A stretch of 64,000 nucleotides of DNA from a plasmid, in the sequence record NZ_CP027239.1. One strand, 5' to 3'. The translations under genes and the position numbers were made by a program. Below are positions 1-9,899 of this stretch, piece after piece (position 1 is the stretch's first letter; each line of letters opens with the position of its first letter). The notes beneath the pieces are model-generated. The model ran no database searches and was not told where the DNA came from. It worked only from the letters and a program-made list of their open reading frames with translations.

Positions 1-102
1 CGGCGGCTTGAGCCCCCGCGACGAGAGCCCCGCGTCATGGCTGGCGCGGGGCTCTCGTCGTATGCGGACTGTTGCTGTCCGGCAGTAGCAGTTCGGTCAG
101 CC

Positions 103-489
103 CTAATCGGCCTTATCGTTCGTGCGGCGCCGGTCTGCAGCGTCGACGAGGTATCCAGCCAGACGATTATTTTTGCCGTCACTGGCCGCGTAAGCGGTGA
201 GCGCCTCAGCGAGGTTCTGCTCGGAGTCCTGAGCGTCAGAGAGTGCCTGGTTCAGTTGCTGGAGGTCATCGGCGATGTTCTCCCAGAATCTCGTGAAGTG
301 CTCACGGCGAGCGTTCATCGCAAGCTCGTCGAGACCAATCTCCACTCGTTTGAAGGCGTCGAGGTCCGCAGTGGTCATGTCTCGCACTGCGCTCTCGCGG
401 GTGAGGCGGGATCCATCAGGTGTAGTCACGGTTGCTCCGATCATCGTCACGTGCCTCAGTAGCACCAGTGGCCGTTGCGAACGCCACAA
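103..489 (-). CDS. hypothetical protein
   Basis: Diverse amino-acid composition and lower-GC patch; preferred over overlapping + strand ORF 37..462, which is Cys/Ala/Val-rich and looks like an antisense artefact. Alternative start at Met16. Confidence 0.4.
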   Translation of the reverse strand: MWRSQRPLVLLRHVTMIGATVTTPDGSRLTRESAVRDMTTADLDAFKRVEIGLDELAMNARREHFTRFWENIADDLQQLNQALSDAQDSEQNLAEALTAYAASDGKNNRLAGYLVDAADRRRTNDKAD

Positions 490-611
490 GTATGTACGTC
501 AGGAGTGTCGAAGTGCCACAGTGCGGGCAGAGGCGGGTTTGGCCCCTGCTGCACTGTGCGCTCCGGGTGGGACAACTGGGGGGACCAGCCCCGAACGACA
601 GGAGACCAGCC

Positions 612-899
612 ATGACGAAACCGACCACTGCAGGGGCGCTCGACGTCTCTGACCAGCAGGAGCAGGACGCCCTCGACCAGACCGGCATCTTGCGCCGCCT
701 GGTCACCATCGAAGCCATCCGCGCAGAAGCCGGCGACAACCCGAACCTGACACCCGCGCAGCGCAAGATGCTCCTGACAGCATCCGATGTGGCGATCCTC
801 GAGGCAATCGACATCGAAGCCCTCGCCATTGAGGACCGCCTGTTCGCACTCCACGACGAGCTGCAGGCGCTCGTGGTCAACCAGATCGCGGCGGCATGA
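612..899 (+). CDS. hypothetical protein (95 aa)
   Basis: Internal ATG of ORF 432..899 preceded by GGAGA RBS; stop overlaps next start (ATGA), suggesting translational coupling. Confidence 0.5.
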   Translation: MTKPTTAGALDVSDQQEQDALDQTGILRRLVTIEAIRAEAGDNPNLTPAQRKMLLTASDVAILEAIDIEALAIEDRLFALHDELQALVVNQIAAA

Positions 900-1792
900 C
901 CATCTCGACACGGGAAGGCGAGCCCGTGACCATCACCCTGTCGGACCTGCAGATCACGCCCGCCGGCCCCTACGTCGACGCCGGCACCCCCGCCTCCCAC
1001 TGGGAGGCCAGCATGGACGACGACGCCTTCTACTGGGGCGCCCGCTACACCGAACCCCTGTTGTGGGCGGTCGGCGGGCACGAGGGCCCGTCGCTGGTCA
1101 ACGTCACCGGGGCGCCGGGGCTGGACCTGGTGCTCGACGTGACCGTGAACAACGACGGGTTCACCGGTGGGCCGATGCTGTGGCTCTCCCCGGTCCTGCG
1201 CCACGCCGGAACGCCGCTCCTGCGGCTCGGCTGCGAACCGGTGTTCATCGAGAACCTGCTCGGCGACTACCTCGACGAGCACGGCGACGTGATCGCCAGC
1301 CCCGACACCGTGCACGCCACCGAAGACGAGTTCCTGGCCGCGCTCGCGCCCCGCGTGTGCCAGCAGATCAACGCCCACCTGGCCACCCAGACCGCCGTGC
1401 AGATCACCGTGCCCGACGTGCCCGGCTGGCAGCGCGACCAGACCATCGTCACGATCACCGTGCCGTCGACGATGGGGGAGGACCACCGCCCTGCCGCGGC
1501 GGAGATCGCCGACCGCCTGGGCGAGCACTTCCAGCTGGACGTGGTGACGGGCCAGTCGACGGTGGTGGGGCAGGTCGAAGCGTTCGGGCTGGGACTGCGC
1601 GAGCTCGCCCCCGCCCTGGACTGGGACGGCATCCTGACGCGGCCCGACACCGACGGCGCGTTCCTCGACGCCACCGGCCCGGCCGACGCGCTCACCCCGG
1701 CGGCTCGCCGCTACCTGAGCGTGATGCGCCGCAGGGGCTGCGTCGGGGTTGAGACCACCGTCGACGGCGCCCACGTGTTGGGCCCCCGGTAG
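896..1792 (+). CDS. hypothetical protein, paralog family A copy 1
   Basis: 298 aa; shares motifs LSDLxxxPAG, LNVTGAPG, ITNDG/VNNDG, SPDxxH, LAPRVC and ALTPAAR with ORF 4630..5517. Confidence 0.6.
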   Translation: MTISTREGEPVTITLSDLQITPAGPYVDAGTPASHWEASMDDDAFYWGARYTEPLLWAVGGHEGPSLVNVTGAPGLDLVLDVTVNNDGFTGGPMLWLSPVLRHAGTPLLRLGCEPVFIENLLGDYLDEHGDVIASPDTVHATEDEFLAALAPRVCQQINAHLATQTAVQITVPDVPGWQRDQTIVTITVPSTMGEDHRPAAAEIADRLGEHFQLDVVTGQSTVVGQVEAFGLGLRELAPALDWDGILTRPDTDGAFLDATGPADALTPAARRYLSVMRRRGCVGVETTVDGAHVLGPR

Positions 1793-2030
1793 CCACACGA
1801 CCCGGTATCAGCGCCCCGCCCCACCGCCGTGGGCGGGGCGCTTGCCGCGGACCCGCGCCCCTGCAGCGGCTGTCCGCCACCCCGCAGCACCCCATCGCAC
1901 GCAGCGTCGGCTCGCCGGCGGCAGGGCCGGCCGCGCAGACTGCTGCACGCCCAGACACCGGCGGAAAGGTGAAGCCCATCGAGGAGCCACACCGCGCCCC
2001 TCACCCCGCCGGAACCACCAGGAGGACGCC

Positions 2031-2606
2031 ATGGGCCACACCACCACCGTCGAAGGACGCCTGACCATCCCCACCCGCGCCGTGAACGCGTGGGCCGCCA
2101 GCGCACACTCGGACGCGAGCACCGACGAGGCGCGGCGCGAGGAACTGCTCGCGGCCCTGGCCGAGCGGGTCAGCTGCGACGCGGCCGACCCCGTGCACAC
2201 GACCGTCAACGCCGACGGCGAGGTGACCGCGTACCTGGACGGAGACTGGTGCAGCTCCTACATCGAGGACACGCTCACGGTCCTGGCGGAGAACGGCGCC
2301 ACCGGCCGCGTCGTGTTCCCCGACGAGGGCTGGGGCTACGAGCTCGCCGCCAACAAGGTGCGTGAGATCGAGGCGGGCCAGATGTGGCCCGAAGACCAGA
2401 TGCTGGTCCTGCAGGTGAGCGCTCCCGGGCGGGACCGGCACCGCGCCGTCTACTCGACCGATCACGCCGTGTGCCGGGCGATCCACGCCCTGCACGCCGA
2501 GTGGTTCGGCCGGAACTCCACCCCGGCCGACCTCGACGCCGCTCTCGCGGCTCTCATCGCCGCTGGCGCCGAGGCCACCTGCGAAGCGCTCCCGTTCGCC
2601 GCCTGA
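2031..2606 (+). CDS. hypothetical protein, paralog family B copy 1
   Basis: Internal ATG with AGGAGGA RBS; aligns end to end with 7247..7825 (GxLTIPTxAxxAWA, GDW, FPxExWGY, MWPxE). Confidence 0.6.
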   Translation: MGHTTTVEGRLTIPTRAVNAWAASAHSDASTDEARREELLAALAERVSCDAADPVHTTVNADGEVTAYLDGDWCSSYIEDTLTVLAENGATGRVVFPDEGWGYELAANKVREIEAGQMWPEDQMLVLQVSAPGRDRHRAVYSTDHAVCRAIHALHAEWFGRNSTPADLDAALAALIAAGAEATCEALPFAA

Positions 2607-3048
2607 CCCTGCACCGCGTCGGCCCGCACCGTGGACAGGTGCGGGCCGACGCCCGTTGGGCCCCACGGCGCGACCCCTGCCAGCCCGCTGTCCGGCACTC
2701 GCCGTGGTCCCCTTCGGGACGACACCCGCCGCCGGGGCGCGGTCCACGCCCGGCGCCCACCACTGCCGATTCGGGCGTGCTGTACCCCAGTAGTCGCCGG
2801 GCAAGGTGGTCAGGTTCGCCCGACCGGTGGGCTACGGCGGCGAGCATGCCGACCGCACCACGTTCCGGGTGCAGACGATGAGCCGGTTTACTCTCCCCGA
2901 GGGGCCAACACGGTTCGTTGCCCCGAAGGGGTGGTGGATGCGGCCCTTCACCGTTATGGAGGACTGAAGGCGGGCCCCTGGATCGACGACGAGAGCCCCA
3001 CACAGGGATGGTGTGGGGCTCTCTTGCGGGACGGAAGGAGACGGCTGG

Positions 3049-4101
3049 TCACTCCCCGTGTCGGAGCGGACTCTCCGCCGCTTGAGTTGCCGCGGCCTGC
3101 CCATTGTTGGGAGCCGACGTCCGGCTGTCCGCGACCTCGATGGAGGACGACTGCAGGTTCAATAGCGCGAGCAGGTCGGCGGACTGAGTGTTGATCTCCG
3201 CCAGGTGCTCGACCGCCAGCTCATTGCCGGGAATGGTCGCGGCGATACGGTCCGCCAGTGCTGCCCTTTCGCCGGAGGGAGTGTCGAGCTGTCGCCCGAT
3301 CGCCTCCACGACCATCTGCAGCGCCACCTGCTGCTCTACCCGCTCACGCAGGGACGACAGGCCGGCTTGATAAACCGCGTAGTCGTCCCGCCACTTGGTC
3401 TGCGCCTCAGCATCGAGATGCACCGGGATGTCACCCAACGCTCGCCGCAGGTCCTGGAGAGCACCAGCCGCGCGAATGGTCTCAGAGGCCTCCGCTCGCA
3501 GGTCGACGCCCGATCTCCACTCGGCCATACTGGCGGACTTCCACATCCGGGACGTACTGCCAGCATGCAGGTCCCACAGCGCAGCAGCAGAGTGGCGGAC
3601 CAGACGCGATTCGTCGCCGCCTTCCAGATGGTCGCGGCGAGCGCGCGCATTGGGCCTGTCACCCGCCTGGGCGCGCGGCAGGACCCACACGTCCTCTCCA
3701 GGCTTCGGCCCGAAGGCTTCGGTGACGCCGATGGCGCAGCCCGCTACGAGAATCGTGATCGCGAGCGCAACCATGATCAGATTAAATTGCGTCTCCGCAA
3801 TCGCTCCCGTGTGCAGGAACATCTGCGCGGCGAGGCCTATGGGTATGGGGATGACGACAGCGAGCACCATGGACGCAATCGGCTTCTGCTTGATGGGTGG
3901 GCGCCCCAGCAGTGTTGAGCCAAACGGGCTCGCTGCCGGCCGCAACATCGCACCAGACCACTCGTCATACGACGAGTCCCTTGCGACGCGAGCAACCATG
4001 CTCCTGTCCGGCTCGCCCTCGAGCTTCTTCCTCGCCTGATTGATGAATGGCTCCAGCAACCTGCCCGAATCATCCGGCTTCGGGATCGACATTTCGCCCA
4101 T
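3049..4101 (-). CDS. membrane protein (two predicted TM helices) with soluble C-terminal domain
   Basis: Hydrophobic segments MVLAVVIPIPIGLAAQMFL and LIMVALAITILVAGCAIGV; no recognisable family. Confidence 0.5.
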   Translation of the reverse strand: MGEMSIPKPDDSGRLLEPFINQARKKLEGEPDRSMVARVARDSSYDEWSGAMLRPAASPFGSTLLGRPPIKQKPIASMVLAVVIPIPIGLAAQMFLHTGAIAETQFNLIMVALAITILVAGCAIGVTEAFGPKPGEDVWVLPRAQAGDRPNARARRDHLEGGDESRLVRHSAAALWDLHAGSTSRMWKSASMAEWRSGVDLRAEASETIRAAGALQDLRRALGDIPVHLDAEAQTKWRDDYAVYQAGLSSLRERVEQQVALQMVVEAIGRQLDTPSGERAALADRIAATIPGNELAVEHLAEINTQSADLLALLNLQSSSIEVADSRTSAPNNGQAAATQAAESPLRHGE

Positions 4102-4270
4102 GGCATCTCCTCACGTTGCGGTCGGCGTGCCAGAAAGTGTCCCACCGACTCATGCCGACGAACCCCGCGCTAAGCAGTCGCCCCGCATGGTCTTCATCGC
4201 CGTCTACTGCAGTCCGAGAACACGGGTGAAGGGTGTGGGCATCGGATCTCGCCACCCCACAGGAGGAGCC

Positions 4271-4633
4271 ATGATGGCCACCAAGCAGTACGCCGGATAC
4301 GTCGACGACGCCGATCTCGACTCCAACCCTGACTTCGCCCGCACGCAGCTCGACAGCTACTCCAAGGTGGTCGCCATGCTCCGCCACTTTCCCCGCGCCG
4401 AGACCTACAGCAACACCGCCACCGCTGCCGACTGCGAGCAGATGGCCACGATGGTTACCGACCGCATCGGCGCAGGATGGGGCCGCACTAGCGGAATGGT
4501 CGTTGCCCGGCACCCGAAAGGCACGCTCCACCTGTTCGCCGGCGACATCGTGGGCGTCACCCCACAGTCGGTGCAGTTCTCCAACGGCACGGTCATCCCG
4601 TGCAGCCGCATCATCGCGGTGGGACTGCAGTGA
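4271..4633 (+). CDS. small hypothetical protein, paralog family C copy 1
   Basis: ATG with AGGAGGAG RBS; C-terminus GDIVGVTPQSVQFSNGTVIPCSRIIAVGL matches C-termini of 46422..46763 and 46836..47195. Confidence 0.55.
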   Translation: MMATKQYAGYVDDADLDSNPDFARTQLDSYSKVVAMLRHFPRAETYSNTATAADCEQMATMVTDRIGAGWGRTSGMVVARHPKGTLHLFAGDIVGVTPQSVQFSNGTVIPCSRIIAVGLQ

Positions 4634-5517
4634 TCGCCTCCGGCACGACCACCACGGTGGTTCAGCTTTCGGACCTGCGCGTCTACCCCGCAGGCAACTA
4701 CGCCGCCACCAACCGGCCCGCGCCACTGTGGGAAGCCAACTACACGGACGACCCCGCGAGATTGGGGCAGCAGTTTGTCGACCCGATTATCGAGGCCGTA
4801 GGGCCGCATTGCGGGCCGTCACTGCTGAACGTGACCGGAGCGCCCGGCGTCTATCTGGGGCTGGATGCCGCGATCACCAACGACGGCTACTCCGATGGTC
4901 CGCTGGTGTGGCTGATGCCGTGCCTGATCGTCGCGGGCCGGGAGGTGCTCCGGCTCGCACCGGAGCCGCTGGCGTTCAGCGACCTTTACCCCGAGCACCT
5001 GGGAGGGGATGGCGAGGTGATCGCCAGTCCGGACGCCACCCACTCGAGTAACGCCGCGTTTCTGGCCGAGCTCGCGCCGCGTGTGTGCGAGCGCCTCAAC
5101 CTCTACTTCGCCTCCCGCCACGAGACCGCTCTGACAGTGCCGGAGGTGGACGGGTGGGCGCGGGACTGCGCCTGGGTGCGCATCGAGACTGGCCTCTCCT
5201 TTGATAAACGGGGGCGCCCAGCTATCGCCGACACCGCTCGAGCCGCAGGTGAGGCGTTCGGGCTCGCGTCGGTAGGCCCGCGATCCACGCTGTACGAGCA
5301 GCTCGAATCACTCGCGGCCGGCGTGGTGGAGCTCGCTCCCCGCATGGAGGCGGACTTTGTGGGCCACGACGGATCGGGTGGCCCGTTCGTCGACTTTCAC
5401 GGCCCGGTCGATGCGTTGACTCCCGCCGCGCGGTCCTTCCTGGCCGAGCTGTCAGCCGATCGCCGGATGACGATCGAGGCCGTGGTCGACGGGGCGGAAA
5501 TACTGAGAGGGAACTGA
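4630..5517 (+). CDS. hypothetical protein, paralog family A copy 2
   Basis: GTG start overlapping the upstream stop (GTGA). N-terminal spacing to the LSDL motif matches copy 1; the track ORF starts at 4600. Confidence 0.55.
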   Translation: MIASGTTTTVVQLSDLRVYPAGNYAATNRPAPLWEANYTDDPARLGQQFVDPIIEAVGPHCGPSLLNVTGAPGVYLGLDAAITNDGYSDGPLVWLMPCLIVAGREVLRLAPEPLAFSDLYPEHLGGDGEVIASPDATHSSNAAFLAELAPRVCERLNLYFASRHETALTVPEVDGWARDCAWVRIETGLSFDKRGRPAIADTARAAGEAFGLASVGPRSTLYEQLESLAAGVVELAPRMEADFVGHDGSGGPFVDFHGPVDALTPAARSFLAELSADRRMTIEAVVDGAEILRGN

Positions 5518-5546
5518 CCCGGATTGCACAGCGGACGGCGAGAGTC

Positions 5547-5576
5547 GTGACCTGCGCCGTTGTCGGCGCAGGTCAC
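5547..5576. terminator. GC-rich hairpin between convergent genes
   Basis: Perfect 12-bp inverted repeat GTGACCTGCGCC/GGCGCAGGTCAC with 6-nt loop; no U-tract, which is common in high-GC actinobacteria. Confidence 0.35.
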
Positions 5577-5593
5577 GAGGGGGACTGTACGGA

Positions 5594-5941
5594 TCAGGAG
5601 TAGCTGTCGAGGACTTCGCGGATCTGGGCGACGATTTCTCGGTCGGTGTTTTCGGCGTAGTCGATGAGTCGCTGATCTCCGCCTTCGGAGGGTTCGAGCA
5701 CGGCGGCAACGAGGTCGCCGATCGCGGTGCCACGCCGGTAGAGGCGGACCTCTTCGCTCGCCAGTAGTGGGAGGGGGGAGGGAAGGTGTCCGAGTCCGTA
5801 GCCGGCGAGTTCTTTGGAGATGTTGGTGACAACCGTTTCCCCGAGGCGGCTGACCCCGTAGGCGTCGCGCAGTTCGCGCATCTCGGTCACGTAGATGGTG
5901 TTGTCGTCGACGTGCTCGCCCAGGTAATCGAATCCGCTCAT
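5594..5941 (-). CDS. hypothetical protein (115 aa)
   Basis: Clean ORF with acidic composition; convergent with family A copy 2. Confidence 0.45.
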   Translation of the reverse strand: MSGFDYLGEHVDDNTIYVTEMRELRDAYGVSRLGETVVTNISKELAGYGLGHLPSPLPLLASEEVRLYRRGTAIGDLVAAVLEPSEGGDQRLIDYAENTDREIVAQIREVLDSYS

Positions 5942-6001
5942 GGCTGTCCTGTCTCTCGGGGGTCAACGCTGGACCCGTTAGTCGCAAGTTTACGGGAGCG
6001 G

Positions 6002-6231
6002 CTGTCACAAAACCACTGACAACGGTGGGGCTAACGTAGTGCGTCTGCGAGTTACGATGCATGTCGTAGGCTGGGTGGCAACACTGCAGGTTCGGCCCGG
6101 ACAAAAATAATGGGCGCCTCGCCCGGTTTTCGCTCGGTGACAGAAACGATGGATTGCGTCATCGCATTTCGAGTTTTTGCCGCCCCCCTCCGAACTGGCC
6201 GTTTCCGGGTGACAGAAACGGTGACAGAAAC
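6002..6231. repeat. res-like repeat cluster upstream of serine recombinase
   Basis: GGTGACAGAAACG occurs at 6135 and 6207, and a third shorter copy GTGACAGAAAC at 6221 abuts the second. An inverted CTGTCAC lies at 6002 and CGTTTC directly precedes the 6207 copy. The surrounding 250 bp is AT-rich. Confidence 0.45.
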
Positions 6232-6398
6232 AAATCTCAAATAACCTAGTTGTGTCATGCGTTTTGACCACACGTCGCTCTGTGGCGGACGAACAGGAAG
6301 GTAGGCATACCGTGGGTACCCAAAATCAGGCCAGAAGCGCCCAGAACCCCTCCGATTACGACCCCTTCGAGCTCGTTTTCGCGCCGCGCAGACCCCTG

Positions 6399-7106
6399 AT
6401 GAACCCCACCTTCGACCTGAACCAGGACTCGTGGACAGGCACGGTCTACGGCTACGCCCGGGTCTCGACCGCCGACCAGTCCCTCGATCATCAGATCGAC
6501 GCCCTCCGTCAGGCCGGCTGCGAGAAGATCTACACCGAGAAAATGAGCGGCACCCGCAACGATCGCGAGCAGCTCAAGAAGCTCTGCTACGAACTCGAGC
6601 CCGGCGATACCGTGATCGTCACCCGCCTGTCCAGAGTCAGCAGATCGAGTCGCGACACCATGAAGCTCATGGACGCCTTCGCGGAAGTGGGGGTCCGGTT
6701 CCGTGCCCTCTATGAGGCGATCGACACCGCCACCAGCACAGGCAAGCTGTTCCTGACGATCTTGTCGGGGCTCGCCGAAGCTGACCGAGAGACCATTGTG
6801 GCCTCGACCAACGCCGGGCTCGCCGCGGCCCGCGCGCGTGGAAAGAAGGGCGGTCGGCCGCCGGCCATCGACACCGAGAAAGCCAAGCGCATCCTCGACT
6901 ACATCGACCGGCTCAGCCTGGACATCGGGGAGACCGCCGACATCGTCAAGGTCAGCAAGCGCACCGTGCAGCGGTTCCTGGCGGAGAAGAAGGAATCCGA
7001 CGACGCCGGCAACGACGACTTCTACAACAAGTACGGACTGTCCAAGAAGGCGATGGCCAGCGACGTCCCCACCAGCCCCGACCCCATCGCCGAGCATGTT
7101 GCCTAA
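6399..7106 (+). CDS. small serine recombinase (resolvase/invertase family)
   Basis: YGYARVSTADQSLDHQ catalytic-Ser motif and C-terminal HTH (GGRPP); alternative GTG start at 6312. Confidence 0.85.
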   Translation: MNPTFDLNQDSWTGTVYGYARVSTADQSLDHQIDALRQAGCEKIYTEKMSGTRNDREQLKKLCYELEPGDTVIVTRLSRVSRSSRDTMKLMDAFAEVGVRFRALYEAIDTATSTGKLFLTILSGLAEADRETIVASTNAGLAAARARGKKGGRPPAIDTEKAKRILDYIDRLSLDIGETADIVKVSKRTVQRFLAEKKESDDAGNDDFYNKYGLSKKAMASDVPTSPDPIAEHVA

Positions 7107-7246
7107 CTTCGCAGGTCAACACCGGTGAAGGTGGCCCGCGGCGCCTCGGCCCGCGGGCTACTGCGGTGGTGCTGCACCCACGGCCGCCGGGGAGAGGGTG
7201 GGTTCACGCCCGGGCAGAGCGCCCGGCCACCACTTCGGGAGGACCC

Positions 7247-7825
7247 ATGGGAAACAGCACCACCATCAAGGGCGAACTGACCATCCCCACCACCGCGATC
7301 ACCGCCTGGGCAGATGCCAACGACCTCGACCCAGCCACCGTCGACGTCAAGGCCGAGCTCTACTCAGCCCTCTTCGTGCGCTGCTCCGAGAACGTCGACC
7401 CGGAGGACGCCATCCACGAGATCAAGGCCACCGACGATGAGGTGACCGTCAACCTGTACGGCGACTGGGCCAGCGGGGTGTTCGACGATCTCCTTCGCGA
7501 GCTCGCCGGCCACGGGGTACGTGGCCGCATCACGTTCCCCGAAGAGCACTGGGGGTACGACCTCGAAAACAACGCCGTGACCTGCATCGAAGCCGAACTG
7601 ATGTGGCCCGACGAGGAGGCCACGCTCATCACCGTCGACGCCCCCAGCCTGGGAACCCACCAGGCGATCTACACCCACGATCGGCCCGGCCGCCGAGGCA
7701 TGGCCACGCTGCTGGAGCGGTGGCTAGGACAGAAGTCGACTGCCTGCGACCTCGACGAAGTGCTCGCCGAACTCGTCGCCGCCGGCGCCACCGTCACCCG
7801 CACCACGGTGCCGTTCAACCCCTGA
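7247..7825 (+). CDS. hypothetical protein, paralog family B copy 2
   Basis: ATG with GGGAGGA RBS; paralog of 2031..2606. Confidence 0.6.
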   Translation: MGNSTTIKGELTIPTTAITAWADANDLDPATVDVKAELYSALFVRCSENVDPEDAIHEIKATDDEVTVNLYGDWASGVFDDLLRELAGHGVRGRITFPEEHWGYDLENNAVTCIEAELMWPDEEATLITVDAPSLGTHQAIYTHDRPGRRGMATLLERWLGQKSTACDLDEVLAELVAAGATVTRTTVPFNP

Positions 7826-7887
7826 CCCGACGGGCGGTGCAGGCCCCGCGCCCGCCAGCACGGACCGCAGCAGAAGGAACCACCACC

Positions 7888-8145
7888 ATGTCGAACAACA
7901 CCGGCCCCACCATCTCCAACTGGCCCGCTCAGGACCTGTGGCTCGGCCAGTTCATCTACCTGGACGGATCCAGCTGGGTGCACATCGCGCAGTCCCGCGC
8001 GGCCGCGTTCGAGGCGCTGGCAGCGAAAGAAGAGCTGGAGATCCCCGCGGGGCAGACCGCGCAGCAGGTTGTGGAGGAGATGCTCGGCGAGTCCGAGACA
8101 ACCTCCTACAACGTGACGCCGGTGGACTCCACGAGCTTTGCCTGA
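7888..8145 (+). CDS. hypothetical protein (85 aa)
   Basis: Internal ATG of ORF 7603..8145; the upstream part of that ORF is Arg/His-rich artefact. Confidence 0.4.
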   Translation: MSNNTGPTISNWPAQDLWLGQFIYLDGSSWVHIAQSRAAAFEALAAKEELEIPAGQTAQQVVEEMLGESETTSYNVTPVDSTSFA

Positions 8146-8160
8146 CCGTCATCGCTGCAG

Positions 8161-8187
8161 GTGCCCCCAGGCTTTCCCCTGGGGCAC
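8161..8187. terminator. hairpin between convergent genes
   Basis: GTGCCCCCAGG-CTTTCC-CCTGGGGCAC near-perfect inverted repeat. Confidence 0.3.
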
Positions 8188-8252
8188 TGGTACCTGCGTT
8201 GCTGACGGCTGCCGCCGACGGAGTGGACTGCAGAGGGCCGTTTTCGCGGCGG

Positions 8253-8906
8253 CTACTGGAAGAAGACCGGTTCGCCGAGCTCGTCGGCCCAGCCCTCGGG
8301 CAGCCTCCACTCGACGCGGTTCCCATTCACCGCGTAGCCGATGATGTCGGGACCGCCATTCTCGGTGCCGACAGGGACGCTCAAAGTGGTGGCTCCCTTC
8401 GCTTTCGAGTTGGGCGGCAGATTGAGGATCTGTTTCGACCCGTCGCATGAGAAGACCAGGTCGTCGTCGAGGCTATTTACCTCGATATTCTGGATCACTT
8501 CTCCCTCGTCGTTAGCGTAGTAGAAGTCCGAGGACCACAGCCACTCTGGATATTCGTATGTGCCCACCTCGACATCGGCCTCGAACTTGATTTGGCGAAT
8601 CTCGCCGGTGACCCCCTCCTCTGCGAAGTCGGGGATAGAGTCGTAGCTAACCGCTTTGCATCCGGTCGCGTCGAGACGCGAGTTGGAGATAGTAATCAGA
8701 GGGGTTCCAGTGTCGTCTGTGAGCGTGACCGGTTCACCGAGGGCGACCTCGACCGCACCGCGTTCGTTGGTTTCCTGCACCTGCTCAGCAGCGGTCTCAG
8801 CGGGGGATGCGGCAGGCTCAAAGCCACCGTCGTCGTCGTTGCTGCACCCCGCCAAGGTGAGCGCGGATATGGTGAACGCCACTGCGGGAAATAGGCTTCG
8901 TTTCAT
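8253..8906 (-). CDS. lipoprotein
   Basis: Signal peptide with lipobox LTLAGC; acidic mature protein; locally lower GC than flanks. Confidence 0.6.
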   Translation of the reverse strand: MKRSLFPAVAFTISALTLAGCSNDDDGGFEPAASPAETAAEQVQETNERGAVEVALGEPVTLTDDTGTPLITISNSRLDATGCKAVSYDSIPDFAEEGVTGEIRQIKFEADVEVGTYEYPEWLWSSDFYYANDEGEVIQNIEVNSLDDDLVFSCDGSKQILNLPPNSKAKGATTLSVPVGTENGGPDIIGYAVNGNRVEWRLPEGWADELGEPVFFQ

Positions 8907-9082
8907 GCCGCTCAGAGTACGGTAGCGCTCTCACTTAGGTGCACAGTAGCGGCATTTGTCTCGGCTGGATTCAGCTACGCTCGTGTCAACCGTAAAGTGC
9001 GACTACGATTGCATTCGACCGGCCACCGACATGGAGCGCGGTTGATCCATTCCGGCGACCAGAGTCAGCATTAGGAGCGCAT

Positions 9083-9433
9083 ATGGCTGTCCGTTACGAA
9101 ACCATTTACGTCGACGATCTCGATGGCGCCGAAATAGAAGGCGGCCGGGCTGAAACGATCGAGTTCGCCTTCGACGGCAAGACCTACACAATCGACCTCG
9201 ACGAACAGAACGCCGCCGCGTTCCGTGAGGCCATTCAGCCGTACCTCTCGGCGGCCCGCCCGGCGGACAACGGCAAGAAGCGGGCAGCCAAGACCGCCCG
9301 CCGCTCGAGCTCCTCGACCACCAAGAGCGAGACGGGGAAGATCCGCGCGTGGGCCCGAGCCAACGGCTACACCGTGTCTGACCGCGGCCGGATTCCGGCC
9401 GACATCATGGAAGCGTACCGCGCCGCCAACTAG
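9083..9433 (+). CDS. lsr2: Lsr2-family nucleoid-associated protein
   Basis: N-terminal dimerisation region (VxYExIYVDDLDG, FAFDGKTYTIDL) and C-terminal AT-hook-like DNA-binding domain (IRAWARANGYTVSDRGRIPADIMEAYRAA). Confidence 0.85.
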   Translation: MAVRYETIYVDDLDGAEIEGGRAETIEFAFDGKTYTIDLDEQNAAAFREAIQPYLSAARPADNGKKRAAKTARRSSSSTTKSETGKIRAWARANGYTVSDRGRIPADIMEAYRAAN

Positions 9434-9479
9434 GGCGTGTCTCCCATAGCTCGGCGGTGACTCGCGAGACCGTGGCCGT

Positions 9480-9899
9480 ATGGGACAGACGAAGTCACGG
9501 TTCCGCCAGTTCACCGACCAGCAGTGGGAGCGGATCGAGCCCCTGCTGCCCTCGAATGCAGGGCGGCAGGGGCATCCGTTTCGAGACAACCGCAAGATCG
9601 TCGAGGCGATCATCTACCGCTACCGAGCAGGGATCCCGTGGCGGGATCTGCCCCGCGACGAATACGGGGCGTGGCAGACGGTGTGGAAGCGCCACGCCCG
9701 CTACGCACGGGACGGGACCTGGGATCGTATCTTGCACGTGATCCTGGCCGATGCCGATGCGGCCGGAAAGATCGACTGGAACGTTTCGGTTGATGCGACG
9801 ATCTGCCGTGCTCATCAGCACGGCACGAACACCACCCGCCCTGATCAGGACACAGGGGGCCAGGTCGAATCACAAGAACCGATCCTTCCGGGACTGTGA
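9480..9899 (+). CDS. IS5/IS427-group transposase orfA
   Basis: RFRQFTDQQWERIEPLLP, IPWRDLP and YGAWQTVWKRHARYARDG are conserved transposase N-terminal motifs. Confidence 0.8.
   Translation: MGQTKSRFRQFTDQQWERIEPLLPSNAGRQGHPFRDNRKIVEAIIYRYRAGIPWRDLPRDEYGAWQTVWKRHARYARDGTWDRILHVILADADAAGKIDWNVSVDATICRAHQHGTNTTRPDQDTGGQVESQEPILPGL

Noticed and set aside
416-1798. 460-aa minus-strand ORF
   Set aside because: Antisense to the family-A gene 896..1792. Composition is dominated by Arg/Gly/Ala/Val/His as expected from reading a high-GC3 gene backwards, and it has no RBS.
6255-7097. 280-aa minus-strand ORF
   Set aside because: Fully antisense to the well-supported serine recombinase; Gly/Val/Leu-rich low-complexity translation.
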